A stretch of DNA of 64,000 bases from an uncultured Prochlorococcus sp. (GTDB taxonomy: Bacteria > Cyanobacteriota > Cyanobacteriia > PCC-6307 > Cyanobiaceae): the NCBI GenBank assembly GCA_902535185.1, contig CACAST010000001.1, positions 4,667-68,666 on the forward strand. The letters run 5' to 3'. The notes below the pieces were generated by a model that was not told the DNA's origin, ran no database searches, and worked only from the letters and a program-made list of their open reading frames with translations. Positions 62,167-64,000 of the stretch are shown here, in pieces; within the stretch, counting starts at the first letter, position 1; each line of letters starts with the position of its first letter. Made by a program: the position numbers and the translations under genes.

Positions 62167-63963
62167 TTAATTTTTTCTCTTTTTATTAATTTTTCTCATT
62201 CTTATTGAATCCGGTGTAACCTCTAGCATTTCATCTGGACCAATATATTCGAGTGCTCTTTCAAGGGTAATATCAACAGGTGACTGCAAAGTATCAAGTT
62301 CTTCTGCCCCTGCAGACCTCATATTGGTCAACTGCTTAGTTTTACATATATTCAACTCAAGATCTTGCGGTCGATTATTCTCTCCAATTATCATTCCCTT
62401 ATAAACTTTGACTCCAGGTTTAATGAAATAGACTCCCCTATCTTCAGCATTCTTTAATGCATAAAATGTGGCCACACCTTCTTCAAAAGCTATAAGGACT
62501 CCGTTTCTTCTGGTTTCAAAATCTCCTGTTTTAGGTTTATATTCATAAAATGAGTGACTCATGATGCCTTCACCTCTGGTTATCCTTACAAATTCCCCAC
62601 GAAATCCGATTAATCCTCTTGATGGAACAAGAAATTCTAATTGAGTTCTACCATCTGAACTTGTCTGCATATTTTTCATCTCTGCCTTTCTAGATCCAAG
62701 TTTTTCGATGCAAGAACCAACAGATACTTCAGGTACATCTAAAACCAAAGTCTCTATAGGCTCACATTCAACGTTATCAATTTCTCTGAAAATTACTTGA
62801 GGTTGTGAGATTTGAAACTCAAAACCCTCTCTTCTCATAGTTTCAATCAATATCCCCAGATGTAATTCTCCTCTTCCTGAAACTGAGAACCTGTCAGGAG
62901 AATCAGTTTCTTCTACTCTTAGGGCAACATTTGTTAAAAGTTCTCTCTCCAATCTATTTTTTAATTGTCTACTAGTAACAAATTTTCCTTCCTTTCCCGC
63001 GAATGGTGAATCATTGACAACAAAAGTCATATTTAAGGTAGGTTCATCAACTTTGATTAATGGAAGAGGATGAGGAGAATCGGGACATGCTATGGTCTCA
63101 CCAATATTGACATCATCAAAACCAGAAACAGCAACAATATCACCTGCAAATGCTTCATTTATATCAATTCTTTGTAATCCTTCAAATCCTAAAAGCTTAC
63201 TAATCTTACCTTTAATAGTTTTTCCGTTTTCTTTAATTAAACTAGCCTGTTGGCCATTTTTTATTGTTCCATTGTGGATCTTTCCAATTACTATTCTCCC
63301 TAAGAAATCAGAATAGTCCAAGGTAGTTATTTGTAGCTGAAGAGGCTTATTAGAGTCACCTACTGGAGGAGGAACGTGTCTTATAATAGCTTCAAAAAGA
63401 GGCATCATATTGTCACTATTAGATTCCATCTCTTCTTTTGCAAAACCAGATAAGCCACTCCCAAAAAGATAAGGAAAATCACATTGATCATCATCAGCTC
63501 CTAATTCCAAAAACAAATCAAGGACCTTATCAATTGCTATTTCTGGCACTACTCGCGGTCTATCAATTTTGTTTACAAAGACTATAGGCCTAAGTCCTTT
63601 TTCTAATGCTTTTTTTAAAACAAATCTTGTTTGAGGCATAGGTCCCTCATTGGCATCAACAATAAGTAGACAACCATCAACCATTCCCAAAACCCTCTCA
63701 ACTTCTCCTCCAAAATCAGCATGTCCAGGTGTATCTATAATGTTAATTCTGGTATCTTTATAGTTAACTGCAGTATTTTTAGAGAGAATTGTTATCCCCC
63801 TTTCTCTTTCAAGATCATTTGAATCCATTACACATGTAGGGATAACTTCATTGTCTCTAAATATTCCTGATTGAGATAACAATGCATCTACAAGAGTTGT
63901 CTTCCCATGATCTACGTGAGCAATAATTGCAACATTTCTAATTTCTTTTATCGAAGATGACAT
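62167..63963 (-). CDS. typA: Translational GTPase TypA/BipA
   Basis: [33 protein letters not shown]. Confidence 0.99.
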   Translation of the reverse strand: MSSSIKEIRNVAIIAHVDHGKTTLVDALLSQSGIFRDNEVIPTCVMDSNDLERERGITILSKNTAVNYKDTRINIIDTPGHADFGGEVERVLGMVDGCLLIVDANEGPMPQTRFVLKKALEKGLRPIVFVNKIDRPRVVPEIAIDKVLDLFLELGADDDQCDFPYLFGSGLSGFAKEEMESNSDNMMPLFEAIIRHVPPPVGDSNKPLQLQITTLDYSDFLGRIVIGKIHNGTIKNGQQASLIKENGKTIKGKISKLLGFEGLQRIDINEAFAGDIVAVSGFDDVNIGETIACPDSPHPLPLIKVDEPTLNMTFVVNDSPFAGKEGKFVTSRQLKNRLERELLTNVALRVEETDSPDRFSVSGRGELHLGILIETMRREGFEFQISQPQVIFREIDNVECEPIETLVLDVPEVSVGSCIEKLGSRKAEMKNMQTSSDGRTQLEFLVPSRGLIGFRGEFVRITRGEGIMSHSFYEYKPKTGDFETRRNGVLIAFEEGVATFYALKNAEDRGVYFIKPGVKVYKGMIIGENNRPQDLELNICKTKQLTNMRSAGAEELDTLQSPVDITLERALEYIGPDEMLEVTPDSIRMRKINKKRKN

Positions 63964-64000
63964 TTATAGAATTTATATAAATATTAGATTGACTTTATTA

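Noticed and set aside
714-63316. Many 60-130 aa ORFs antisense to or nested in core genes (e.g. 1446-1733, 12731-13123, 15735-16205, 46053-46349, 59792-60133)
   Set aside because: Shadow frames of well-supported genes, with no motifs and composition typical of reverse-complement codon bias

Overview
AT-rich, gene-dense chromosomal segment of a marine picocyanobacterium. Gene content, gene order and the proteobacterial-type PRK point to a high-light Prochlorococcus (inference). In order it holds: an ABC-exporter tail, msrA, tRNA-Pro(GGG), uppP and several microproteins; a glucosylglycerate cluster (gpgS, GH13_18 phosphorylase, gpgP, glycerate-kinase-like gene); the complete urease cluster (ureDABC / ureEFG) and urea ABC transporter (urtABCDE) with an NtcA promoter; an approximately 4 kb AT-rich small-ORF islet (18364-22477); a Rieske oxygenase (probable chlorophyllide a oxygenase); a Fur-boxed iron module (CRP-family regulator, ferritin, futC); then core genes (nth, pgsA, hisA, ycf55, yqgF, proB, lpxD, leuB, prk, accD, fba, purQS, cobW, ilvD, pgl, gnd, glgC, hemA, glpX, rpe, ccsA, lptB, typA). 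I saw no rRNA, CRISPR array, integrase or transposase. Strongest leads: (1) a ribbon-helix-helix-like gene flanked by four AGTG-N3-CACT-type sites in two helically phased pairs; (2) a possible Fur -> Cys-rich NtcA-like CRP -> futC cascade with a perfect TGTA-N8-TACA site; (3) a 33-aa membrane microprotein wedged between the Rieske oxygenase and an orphan ABC ATPase; (4) about ten microproteins below the ORF-track cutoff, including a stand-alone DnaJ-type zinc finger behind cobW. Family assignments come from recognising motifs by eye; no searches were run.
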